A model generated the notes under the pieces. The model saw nothing but the letters and a program-made list of their open reading frames with translations. It was not told the DNA's origin and ran no database searches. A stretch of 64,000 nt of DNA, from NCBI GenBank assembly GCA_010093815.1, contig ML996565.1. The stretch is one strand, 5' to 3'. The stretch is from Pseudovirgaria hyperparasitica. Taxonomy: Eukaryota. Position 1 is the stretch's first letter; every line of letters begins with the position of its first letter. A program made the position numbers and the translations under genes. Below, one piece after another: positions 25,581 to 37,428 of this stretch.

Positions 25581-27467
25581 TGGCGTTTGCCAGAAGGATG
25601 ATGCGGTGTATCCGGGAGACGGTCCACTGACGGTAGGTATCACGGCCAGCAACAACACGACCGAGGGAGGTACAAGAAAAGAGAAAGTGAAACACAGGTG
25701 ACGACAGAAGACGGGCACGATGGAGGCATGGCCGAGAGTGTATATCAGTAGCAAAGATCTGGACCGGGCAGATGGTCCGATGGGTGTGGGTGGGCCTAGA
25801 GAGAGAGGGTTTAGAATTCCATGTCCAGAGCAGAGGCGGTGGCCCAGTCGCGCATGGCTAGTATGGGAAAGACGGTCGATGGCAGATGGATCGGAAAGTT
25901 TGACAAGAGAGCGTGCGAGTGTATGGGAAGTGGGTTATAGTGTTGATTCTCCCATCCACCTGTTGCCCCCCCTGTCCGAATCGAAATAGAACAGCCCTGA
26001 GCGAGGTCTGGGCCCACGCGCATCCCGTGGTCTAGACTCTAGACCACCACCACCCAGCGTCTCGGGCTGCAGTGATTCCGTGCGCAGTGGCAGTAGTGAG
26101 TGACTGTGTGCCATGTGCAGACGACGGATGATATAGACTGACAGCCGACTGTTGCTGGGATGCTGCAGACCTAATGCAATGGCAGTGGTGTAGCATCGCA
26201 TTCACCATCACATCACATTCACTCGAGCAACACATTGCCATCTGCTCCTCAAACGTCTCATTTAGCGTCTTGCTTAGCGTCTCTCTTAGCGCTCTTGTTA
26301 GCGTCGATGCTGCCGGACTAGCGGGAGAGCGACAACCATCGCCGCTAGAACTCCCGGCTCAGCCCTGACGACAGGATGGGATGTGTACTACGCGGCTGAG
26401 GATGTAGTGTACGCACGCTTGCAGTCATCTGATGCCCGCCTTACATACCAATATTCAATGTACACCTCCAGCCACGCCCGTTGCCACACCATGCGCCACA
26501 CAGCATAAGATATCACTCCATCATTCCCTGCACTGCACCTCGCTCTAATTGACCACCTAGCCCTCCCTCCCGCCGTGTACGTATCTACTCATCTGCTCAA
26601 GTATCTATGCACAGCTCTTAAAACATTTTCCAAACTCTACATCATACGACTCTCGACAGCCTCTGTGTCATTTTACCCACATATCACTCTATCCACTTGC
26701 TGTCCACTTTCTATCCACCCAGGACCCATTCTGTATCCACCTACCCACCTACCACACAAGGTAATCCATGCTGCACGTCCGTACCCGCCCGAGACACGTG
26801 GTAGGACCGTACTGTTCGAGGACTGCTATACTTAGAGTCGCGTGTCAAGCCATCGTCTTTGCTTAGATTTTTTTTAATTCGTGGCTTTACGTACGGACTA
26901 ATATGATACCCTGATGTAATCCCTGTTTTGTCTTGTCTTGGTTACGCTGTATGAGAAGAGAGAAGAGAGAAGAGAGAAGATGAGGGTCGGACTTGGGATG
27001 TAGTATATATCTTAATAGACTGCTATTCTTCTTTTGTATATAGCTATCTATATTTCTCCCGGGTGTAGATTCGTTAAACACGTAATTAGATTCACTTCTC
27101 TTAGCATTCACTAGTAACCTGTTTTTTTCTTAAAGATGTAAGTCCTCTTCGTAACTAGTTCGATAATAAGCCTATCAATCGGACGAGATATGCAAATCCG
27201 AGTAGGGTATTAAGACTATATCATCGCATCTTTTGGAAAAGATGTCTCTGGTATAATTCGTCTTATGCTCGCATTATCTGTCTTAGATTAGACACTCTAG
27301 AAGTAATAAAATAACACACTCTTACTTAGAAATCCATAGATCTAGTAGTGTACTTTTATAGATGGTAGATATATATATAGACTAATCTATATCTAGCTAC
27401 TACTATTATATATATACTGAATGTAGTAGGAGAGACTAGAGAATGTATTAAGTTTAGTATAAGCAAT

Positions 27468-27700
27468 TATTAGCTATTAGCTATTAACTATTAGCTATTA
27501 GCTTCATAGCTTCATAGCTTCATAGCTTAATACCTTCATAGCTCCATAGCTTGATACCTTAATACCTTAATACCTTAATACCTGCATAGCCTGATACCTT
27601 CATAGCTTCACAGCCTGCCAGTCATATAACGGCTTCATAGCTTAATAGCTTCACACCTTAATAGCTTCATACCTTGCCAACTCCATAGCTCGCCAGCTTT
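27468..27700. repeat. Degenerate minisatellite: 7-mer TAGCTAT units grading into 8-mer A(G/C)CTT(C/A)AT units
   Basis: tagctat x4, then agcttcat/accttaat/agcttaat/accttcat variants for ~180 bp, next to a TpA-rich tract (~27000-27470). Confidence 0.8.
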
Positions 27701-28806
27701 CCACTTGCAGCCTAATAGAACAAACAGTATATAATCAACCCCGTCTCTACACCCATCCATCCTCCCATCTCCTCCCTCCTCCCAACCTCTCCCTCCCCCA
27801 AACCTCTCCATCCATCCATCCATCAACCCATCCATTCATCCTCTATGCACATCCAACAAAGCACACATCTCCCCGCAATCTAGATCCAAACTCACATCCC
27901 AACGACCCCATTCCCAACAGGCGCCGAAGAAACACCGACCGATAATTACACCACTCCCGTCCCCAGCCTTGGCACACACAGCCCGCTCAAAGTCTAGAAC
28001 ACTCCCACCAGCACCACCAGCACCACCAGCACTCCCACACCAGCACTCCTCCCATCGACAAATGCGCACAGCATCGCAGCATCGCAGCATCGCACGTTCA
28101 GGTCCAGAGTCTAGATAGAGTCCAGAGTCCAGAGTCCAGAGTCTAGAATGTCGAATCTAGAACTCGACACTTTGCACTTTGCACATGACACTTTACTCGA
28201 CACAATTTTGGCGATAAATCGTGAAAGAATCGGCGATGTAATATATTAGATAGAGATTGTTGTGGCTTTGTTCTTATTCGAATCGGGACCTTTTGACATT
28301 ATCTCTGCTGCGTGTTAGGACGTACATGCACACATACATACATACATACGTACACGCATGTATACGTACACACTCTCACATGCGTAGATCGACGATCGAC
28401 TTCACAGGACAGGGACGCAATAGATGCACGTGTTCAGGCGGCTCAACAGAAGATGCATTCGCAATATGGTATATGCCAACAACAACAACAACAACGACTA
28501 AACGCACCATTGCAATGACGGGGAAAAACAACAACCAAAACAGTTCGTCTCTCTCGTGTCCTCCAATGCAATCAAGCACGCTACTACGCAAAAAACATTT
28601 GGTATCTGCTTCCTCCCCCATCTGCGAACATGCACGTCTGGCTGCCTACATGTCCAATCTTATTCTTCCTCCTCCACCTCCACCACCATGTCCATTAATA
28701 CATCACCCGCCAAGCTGTCACTGCCACGTCTATTAAGAATGAGTCTTCTCCATACGACCGACCGTTCATGTCATGTGCTCTTTTCATTTCGCATGCATTC
28801 GTGTGT

Positions 28807-31139
28807 CTACTTCTCCTTGTGGCCCTTGATCTTCTCCTCAATCTTGTGGAAGAAGCCGCTCAGCCGGTTCTTCTTCTTCTTGCTCGCCGTCGTCTCCGAC
28901 TCCGAGGCCTTGGACGGCGCGTCTTTCTTGGGAGTGACGGGGCCGGCTTCCGTCTTCGTAGAGGCAGAGGTGGTCGTCGCGCCGGTCGTGACCGCTGGCG
29001 TCGATTGCTGCCCTACGTTAGGATGATTCTTAGTGGCCGTCTTGCTCATCGGACTCACATCACGGCTGTCCGCTGGACCTGATGGCACACTGACCGCCGC
29101 CGCCGCTGCTCCTGCTGTTGCCGGTGTTTGTGCAGGCGAGTCTTTGGAGGCATTAAACTCCTTGTCAGTAGTAGCAGTCGCTCCATCGCCGGGCGCCGTT
29201 GCAGAGGTGGATGCGGTCGTGGTAGGGGCGGGTTCGCCCTTGGAGTTCTCCTCTGGGACAGCCTTCTTGAGCTCCTCTTCGACAGCCGCCTTCTCGGTGA
29301 CGGCCACCGGATTGGTAGTCGCTTCGGCAGGCGCATCGGCCTTCGCAATCGACTCCTTCACTTCGTCCGGAACGACGGCGTCCGAGGATGGGGCCGATCC
29401 AGATTCCGCAGCCGCTGGCGCTGGCTCGACCTCCTTGAGAAGCTCAGCCTCTACGGCCGACTTGTCTGTGACTGCCTGCGCGGATGCTGAAGCTTCTGGC
29501 GCGGCGTCGGCTGCTGCTTGCGATTCGCTTACAATCTCCGGGACTTCTGCAGTCTCCTTGGGGACTTCGGCGGCAAGGGCAGCAGTGGTAGTACCTGCTC
29601 CGGCAGATGAAATTGTCGGGTCAGCAGGGGCTTCACGAGTCTCTTTTGGAACTTCGGCAGCAAGAGCGGCTGTGGTGCTTTCGGGCGCAACCGACTGGAT
29701 AGTTGGGTCAGAGGGAGCGGCGCGAGGCTCTTTCGGCACCTGACCAGCAAGGTCCGCAGTAGTAGTACCAGCTCCGGCAGACGAGATGAATGGACCGGCA
29801 ACGACATCCTCTGCAGCGTCACCACCTCCCATCGGCAGACTGGACTCTGGGATGAGAGTGCTAGTGACAGGCGGTACACCAAACATTGCAGAGCCATTGC
29901 TAGGCTTGCCGTTTTCTTGCGGCAGGGTGTCGGCCTTGGCATCATCCTCTACGGTGCTTTCGATGGTGTTTGAGGTGAGTGTGCTTGGATCAGGCACTGC
30001 CTCGTTGGGGGCAAGCGTTATTGGGTTGCCGATCCCAGCCGTAGCGGGAATTGGAGCTACAGAGAAGGTCTTCTCGGCTTCAGGCTCTGGAGTAGCGTCC
30101 TCGACAGTGCTCTGAACGGTGTTTGACGTGAGGGTGCTCGGGTCTGGAACCTTCTCTCCAGGTGCGAGGGTGACGGGGTTGCCTATACCGGCAGTCGCAG
30201 GGATTGGGGCAACCGAGAAGGTGTCAGCCTCGGCGTCTGGCTGCGAGGTCACGCCATCCTCAACGGTGGATGCGATGGTATTGCTGTTGAAGGTGCTGGG
30301 GTCTGGGACAGGTTCACCGGCAGCGAGATGGATTGGGTTTCCGACACCTTCTGAGGCTGGAATTGGGTTCACGCTGAATGTCTGGGCCTCTCCAGCAGGA
30401 GTTGCGCCAGGAGTCTCTGGGAATGAACCAGGCACGTCTTTCTCTTCTTGGAGTCTAGGCTCCTTGGGTACCTCGCCAGCCATTGTGGTGGTGGATGCTC
30501 CGGGGGCAACAGAAGATATGGTGGAGGGTGTGGTAGTGGAGTGTGCTGGGTCTGTCGTGAGGTCTTCGGGCAATAGGAAATTGTCGTAAAAGCTGCCGTA
30601 GTACTCGCCGCGAGCGTCGTCTCTGGTGACCCAATTGCCGTCGACAACGAACTGCAGGTGGGCGTGTCAGATGGGGGAGTGCAAAGAGAGAGAGAGCGTG
30701 TGTGTGTAAGTAAAGTGGATGATGAGGTGAGGAAGAATGGAGGGAAGTTGGAAACAGGAGGTGGTGACAGGACAGGGACAGGCAAGGGCGGGATCACACG
30801 GCTTTATAATAATGGAGACGGAGGCCGGGACGCGGCTTCCCAGTATGTGAAGTGTGAGAGTGTGCACCTGAAATTGCAGCAGGCGACGCGCAAATTTCCA
30901 TACCTTGTAGTAGATCTTCTTGCCTTCTTCTATGTGTTCGGCGGGGATCCTGACCGTCTTGCTAAAGAAACCACTCTTCCCCTCCATCTTTATAGTCTTT
31001 GCCCAGTCGTCGAAGAGACCGGTGATGATGACCTCTTCGGCGTTGGCATCCTCCCTGCACGGATGGGATCAGCAAGGCAATGGCTAGAGAGTGGACGGAG
31101 ATGGGAGTCAACATACCACTTGAAGGTGTAGGTAGCCAT
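28807..31139 (-). CDS. AMPK-beta-type CBM48 (glycogen-binding) protein with long acidic/Pro/Ala-rich repeat tail (Crp1/Mdg1-like), ~672 aa; exons 31139-31117, 31054-30904, 30651-28807
   Basis: Spliced N-terminus MATYTFKWEDANAEEVIITGLFDDWAKTIKM...KIYYKFVVDGNWV. Both introns are GTATG..CAG and phase-compatible. Basic C-terminus KKKKNRLSGFFHKIEEK. Confidence 0.85.
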
Positions 31140-31407
31140 GGTTCAGGCTTCGGATCGGGTTGAAAGTAGCAAAAGCTGGACGAGGAAAATGCGAAGGGAT
31201 GCAAGATGCAGCAATTCAGCAGCAGCAGCGGACCGATGAGTGGGGTGCAGCTAGTGCTAGCTTCCAAGGTTCGCGTTCTCGTTCTGTCGGACAGCCTACA
31301 GGGCTCGCAGGAGAAAGAGATATGATGCAAGAAGGGTTGGGATTGTCGAGCGACAGGTCCCGGAGAAAAGGGAGAGAGGGAGAGAGGGAGAGAGGGAGGG
31401 ATATGAA

Positions 31408-31439
31408 GGTGGTGGTGGTGGTGGTGGTGGTGGTGGTGG
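31408..31439. repeat. (GGT)n microsatellite upstream of the CBM48 gene
   Basis: About 10 GGT units. Confidence 0.85.
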
Positions 31440-33169
31440 ATGGAAGGCTAGGCGTAGTGGTAGTGTATAAGAAAGGAAGAGGTTGGGGAGGAGGCTGTTG
31501 GAGCAGAGCAGCACAAAACACGGCAGAGAGCCCCAGTCGCTATGATCAACTAGCACTGCACGCACAAACGACGATACGCCACAGGACTAATGAGTATTAT
31601 AATGAACAAGATTGCGAGAGGGAGAGAGCAATTGGTGTTTTGGCCAGGGCGGAGAAAGACAATGGAACAAAGCTAAGTGTGTTTTGTTGGGCTTCACTGG
31701 CAACAAACAGGCCAGCACCGTGCACTCAGTCAGACACAGACTCACTCATCTTGACTGTGCACAGTCTGAAGTGATGATTAGACGGTCATGGATAATTAGT
31801 AGGAGTATCCATTGTATTCAGTGGTACACTGGCTATGCTAGAGCACGAGCGCGGTCCTGACTGTGGTTGTAGATGACGTGCACTCTGCCATCTGGGCGAC
31901 GGTGAGGGTCTTGCCAGGGAACCGTAGATAATTCAGTCGAAAGAGCCAAAGCTAAACATCCGCATGACTGGTGATGGACTTAACTGAGTGCCGATTGTCC
32001 TTCTGCACGTCATCATCGTGCCTGACGATGATGTAGTTGGTGCATCTGGAGTAGATCCGCGAAAGTCCGGGTGCCCAACGTAGGTGTGTGTGTTTGTCTG
32101 TGTGTTGTCGTTGTGTTGTAGTTGTTGTTGTAGTAGAGATGCAGTATGATGGATGATTGTTCTAGCATGGCCATCCTGAGTAACTATCGTGTATAGAGGT
32201 GGTGGTGTAGTGTATTACCGGTACATATATGGCTAGCAGACGACGAGATATCGCATTGCATCATGATCGGATCAGGCCAAGGACATTCTCTCCCGACGAC
32301 TCCTGTCTGTGTATGCATGTAATGTTAAATGTCCAGTACACGCCGTGAACATCATTAGTCAATTGTCCGCGCGAACGGACATGAAGCTTCGTTGCGGCGT
32401 CTAGAAAGCTTCTCGAAGCCTGCAAAAACCACAAAACGGGCTGTGGGTGCGCGCCCCTGTCCCCGGCGTCAGGGGCTTGACTGAAGTGCAGCCGCTAAAA
32501 GAGAGTCAGTCCCCCCTTAACCGCCGCCGCCCGCTGGTGAAAGTGCTGTACCCGCTAAAAGATGGGCGGGAAAAAGCAGAATTAGCTGCCCATGCTCCCT
32601 ATTTCCGCTGCTTACGGGGGGGTCTCGGGTGCCTAAACTGGCTGCCATGGTGCCTAAAAAATACTGCGGAATAACTGCTGCAACTGCACTCATCTCTCTG
32701 TCCCCCTCTACTGTACAACTCCGCTGCACATCATCCTCTTCCACCCACAACTCTCTCTCTCTCTTGTCATCCTTCAACATCCTCATCCTATCCATCCAAT
32801 TCACCCTTTTCATACAAGAGAGTACATCCATACGCCATCAGCTGTCATCTACAATCTACCAGTCACTCGTCATTCACTCTCCACATAATACAAGAAAGAC
32901 AACAAGACACATCCACGCCTCTGCTCCGGATCGTCGTTGGATCCCCCAGTCGCTAGGACCAGCACTGCGCCCGCGCGCGCCCTGGCTTTTTTTCTGCTGC
33001 TCCTCTCCCCGCCAGCCTTTTCCACCTTGACACCACCTCCACCTCCACCCACAAAGCTCGACCCACACAACAAGCCCTTGCTTGCCCCTCTCTACTCCGA
33101 CGACACTCTCCAGCTTCATCCTGATCTCTCTTCTTCTCTTCTTCTTCTTCTTGCTCTTCTCCCTCCTCC

Positions 33170-34552
33170 ATGTCGGACCTGCCATCCGACTTCGCCAATG
33201 AACTGTCTGCCCTGACTCGCGAGTACCTGAGATCCCTGCCGACAGACCATCTCCAGTTCTGCGCCAATTACTTCCAGAAACGTCTCCAGTCTCAGCGTGC
33301 CGAGTTTGTGCTCGCACAGCAACTTTCTTCCACAAACGCCGGCGCCATGGCCACAACAAATTTCCCCGGCAGCAATCCTTTCGGTTCTTCTCCCAGTAAT
33401 ACCGCCATGCACGCCCTTCAGGAAGAGGACGAGACCGACCAGATGACCTCTCCCACCGCCTCGTCCTTTCCCCGCAACATCATGGACAGACCTGCTCACT
33501 CCTCATCCAAAGCCGAATCTGGCTTTGGAAATTTCGGCGGCTTCGCTCCGGCTGGCAGCAGTGCTACCTCCAAGTCCTCCGCTCCTCCTCCTCCTTCGTC
33601 CTCCTCCGCCTCGGATCCTCAAAGCTTTCCTTCAAACTATAACCTCAATCGCCGCACATCCGTCTCCGCTGAGTCTCTCAATCCTACATCCGCTCAGAAT
33701 GACAACTGGGCGCCACCCTTCCATCAAAAGACGGCAGATCAGTGGTCTCGACTGAAGACGGCCGTGTCGGGCAACTTCCTCTTCGCGCCCCTCGACGACG
33801 ATCAGTCTACCGCCGTGCTGGGCGCGCTGCAAGAGAAGCCGATCCCGGCCAAGGACATCAAGGTTATATCGCAAGGTGATGTTGGTGATTTCTTCTACGT
33901 TGTCGAGAACGGCTCCTTTGACATTTACGTCAATCCGTCTGGCAAGATAGCGTCGGGACCAGACGGGCTTGGAAGCAAGGTTGGCAATGTCGGTCCGGGT
34001 GGCTCTTTTGGAGAACTCGCATTGATGTACAACGCTCCACGCGCTGCCACGGTCGTATCGACCGAGCGTTCCACCTTGTGGGCGCTCGATCGCGTCACCT
34101 TCCGCCGCATCCTCATGGACAGCGCATTCCAGAGACGACGCATGTACGAGGGCTTCCTCGAGGAGGTCCCGCTGCTGACCTCGCTCACGCCATACGAACG
34201 CTCGAAGATTGCCGACGCCCTCGAAACCCGCCGCTACCCGGCCGGCACCACCATCATCAAGGAAGGCGATGTTGGCGAGGCCTTCTTCATCCTCGAAAGC
34301 GGCGATGCAGAGGTCTTCAAGCGTGGCACCGAACAGCCCGTCAACCGATACAAGAAGGGCGACTACTTTGGAGAGCTTGCCCTCCTCAACGACAAGCCCC
34401 GCGCGGCAAGCGTTGTCAGCAAGACGGAGGTCAAGGTGGCCACGCTGGGCAAGGACGGATTCCAGCGGCTGCTGGGTCCGGTAGAGGGCATCATGCGCCG
34501 CAATGATCCCTCCAAGGCTTCTGTAGAGAGCGTGGATCCTCTGGCGTCGTGA
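33170..34552 (+). CDS. pkaR: cAMP-dependent protein kinase regulatory subunit, 460 aa
   Basis: N-terminal D/D helix, inhibitor site RRTSVSAES, two cNMP domains (FGELALMYNAPRAAT; FGELALLNDKPRAAS). Confidence 0.97.
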   Translation: MSDLPSDFANELSALTREYLRSLPTDHLQFCANYFQKRLQSQRAEFVLAQQLSSTNAGAMATTNFPGSNPFGSSPSNTAMHALQEEDETDQMTSPTASSFPRNIMDRPAHSSSKAESGFGNFGGFAPAGSSATSKSSAPPPPSSSSASDPQSFPSNYNLNRRTSVSAESLNPTSAQNDNWAPPFHQKTADQWSRLKTAVSGNFLFAPLDDDQSTAVLGALQEKPIPAKDIKVISQGDVGDFFYVVENGSFDIYVNPSGKIASGPDGLGSKVGNVGPGGSFGELALMYNAPRAATVVSTERSTLWALDRVTFRRILMDSAFQRRRMYEGFLEEVPLLTSLTPYERSKIADALETRRYPAGTTIIKEGDVGEAFFILESGDAEVFKRGTEQPVNRYKKGDYFGELALLNDKPRAASVVSKTEVKVATLGKDGFQRLLGPVEGIMRRNDPSKASVESVDPLAS

Positions 34553-35672
34553 TTTTGTGTTGCTAACAGCTGTTCAGACCGCCACAGGGGCGAAGGAGAC
34601 CTGCTTCAGGCTCGGTTTCTGCTGGTGAGCCGAAAAGAGTGCGACCGTGAGAACTGGATCGGGGTGTTTGTGTGATGCGCACAACCGACCGGTATGCGGC
34701 CACGGTCGAGGACGAGATTCCGGGGCGGGCTGGCGGGCTGGCGGGCTCGACAGGCGCAGATGTTGGTTGATGCGGGGATCCTGGGGCAGACCGCTTTCCA
34801 GACGATGAACATTACCATACCCACCACCCTTTCACCTACCTAGTGTGATGAGATTCACCCGCGACTTCTTTTCTCCCTACACGGCGTTTTATCTTTCCTA
34901 CGGTCCTGTACTGCTGCTCCTGGGCGTGTAGCCAAGGGGGGGCCTGTGTCTTATTTGGCAAGCAGCCTGTATCTATTCTGGCAAGTCCACGGCGGCTTGC
35001 AAAACCTCAGTAGTGGTGGTGGTAGTAGTAGATGAAGAATATATATATATACATCACATTGCCTCATTTAGTACCTTCGCGTGGATTCAGTCTATGTCTG
35101 TCCTACTTTGTCGTAGTGTAAATAATGATTATGTGATGCAGTATCGCGAAATCCCAATGCATGCAATGCATGTTGCACGCACGGTTCACGTCTTGTTTCT
35201 ATCAATAGCGCCGCTCAACATGCCAGGGGACGGCGCGCCGGCCGGGGCGGGCGTGTGTGATACGTCACACACGTTTTCGTTCCAAGGATGGTCCAAGCTC
35301 CCTCCCTCAGCTTCTTACAGCTACCACCTGTGCATGAAACTTTCCTCTCTCTGTTCTGCCATTCCTGTTCCCTCACTAGTCGTCAAAGCTGTATACCGAC
35401 AGTAGCTTCACCACGTATCCACCACACGACCTCGCGAATCGAATCGAACCCGGAGACGTCGCGCCCTGACGATTGCGCTTTAGCTGCTGAGCTTGCCTGC
35501 CTTGCCTGCCTCGCGGTTTCGACGGAGTGTTGGTGGCTATTTTGCGGTCTCAGATCTCACTTTGCGAAACGTGTTCGATACAGCCTCGTTCATCTCCTCT
35601 GATTCTCTATCCTGAAGACTCCTCTCCTCCACCCACTCAACAACTCACCCAACCCCCTCCTCAAAGAGAGCA

Positions 35673-36238
35673 ATGGACTGCATTCCCCTCCCCATCGTGT
35701 GCTTCCAGTGCGGAACGTGAGTATAAACTCCTTTTTGCTTGGTTTGCTTGGTTTGCTGTGGGGGAATGGATGGATACTGTATAGATTTGTATCAAGAGAG
35801 AAAGAGGCTAACGCGGTAGACGAAACGGGCAGTGATCAGAACCCCTGCCATTGTAAAGTCGTAGGGCCGACGCTTGGGTTTGTGGTTACGGTTGGGATGG
35901 CGGTATGTTTTTTTCTTCTTCTACTTTTCTTCGGTTCTTTTTTCTGTTGTCACTTTTCTCACTTTTTATTTCGACGTTCTGCTGGAACGTGCTGCGTATG
36001 CTGGATGTGAACGCAAGAGGCTAACACACGTGACAGATTGTGTGCTGGCCCGCGAGTCTGCTGTGCTGTTGCTGTGCGACGGAGACGGGGAAGAAGTATG
36101 TGTTTTGTCTCTCATAACGCGGAGAGGGGATGCATAGGAGACCTGTGCGTGTGTGCTCTTGCTAATACGTTCCTGTACAGGGTGCTGGCCTTGCCGGTTG
36201 ATACGGGGAATAAGATTAGTGGGGCGATTCCGATTTAA
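35673..36238 (+). CDS. Cys-rich single-TM microprotein, 76 aa; exons 35673-35716, 35833-35902, 36037-36095, 36181-36238
   Basis: Three introns (GTGAGT, GTATGT, GTATGT donors; GCTAAC/GCTAAC/GCTAAT branch sites; CAG acceptors) give MDCIPLPIVCFQCGTDQNPCHCKVVGPTLGFVVTVGMAIVCWPASLLCCCCATETGKKVLALPVDTGNKISGAIPI*. Confidence 0.8.
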
Positions 36239-37428
36239 TGGGTGACTTTGGGGGGTATAAGAAGGAAGAAAGGGAGGAGTGGAGGGAAGATGTGTGAAAG
36301 GAGATGTATGGGAAAGGAGATGTATAGGAGAGGAGAGGAGGGATAGAAGGGGATGAGCAGGGTAATAAGGGAGTGAAGGACGATGTTTCTGATTCTGCGG
36401 AAAGTACATCTTCTTTGTCTTTTGTCTGTTGAGTCTGAGTCTGTGACTGCTCTGCTGTAGTATGCGTGGAATGTCGTGATGGTGATGATTATTATTGACT
36501 GTACTGCGCATCATCACCACTGCACTGCGCATCATCATCATCATCACCACTGCCCAAACACCATCACTACTGCCGAAACACCCATCCACCCAACACGCCC
36601 CCTTACCACCCCTTACCGCAATGCATCGCATCGCAACGCTCCGCAGCGCAGCGCCCCATACCGCCATGCATCGACGTGCGACAACTCCCCACCCACACCA
36701 ACACCATCGCCCCATTCCAAATCATGCATCGCCGTGCAATCTACACCATGGGTGTTGCAGTTTCCCCGACGACCACAACCCCACAACAGCGCCATATGCG
36801 TTCTGATTTTGCGCTGCTGTGGTGGGTGGGTGTGGTTTGTGGATAAGTGGGAGGAGGAGGGCGTGGGTGTGGGTTATATAGACAGGGGACTGGGTGCCGG
36901 GTAGGGGTGTGTGCTGAGTAGAGGTTAGAGGGTGATGGGTAGGGTGGTGTGCTGGGTGAGGGGTGCTGGTGCTGGGTAAGTTGATAAGGGAGGAGTATGG
37001 AGGCGTTTGCTGCGTATGGGGGTGTCGGGTAAGTGAAGGGTATGGACGGGTGTGTGCCGGGTAAGTGCATATAGTTTATATAAGTGGGTGCTGGGTAGGA
37101 GTATACAAGTCAGGTGACGGGTACAGATATATAGGCGAGGTAACGAGTGCATATGGAGGTGAGGTAGCGGGCATGGTTCATAGTTCATAGTATATAGAAA
37201 GGAGTGGAGAGGTTAGGGGATGTGTAGAGGTTTATAGGTAAGGTATAGGTATATTTATAGTTGTACAGTTAAGGTTATACGCATGTAGCCAAGGCAACAG
37301 TTGAGACCTATAAGGCGACCTTACGGGTAGAGGGGTAAGGTTAAGGTATAGAAGTAAAAGTAACAGGTATATAGGTAAGGTAATGTATGGCTTTCTGTGT
37401 GTACGAGTTCCAGCTACTAGAATCCCGC

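Noticed and set aside
23277..25754. Many long overlapping and antisense ORFs over the HMG gene (also over pkaR, CBM48 and PLD)
   Set aside because: Shadow ORFs expected from high GC3 codon usage; no independent motifs.
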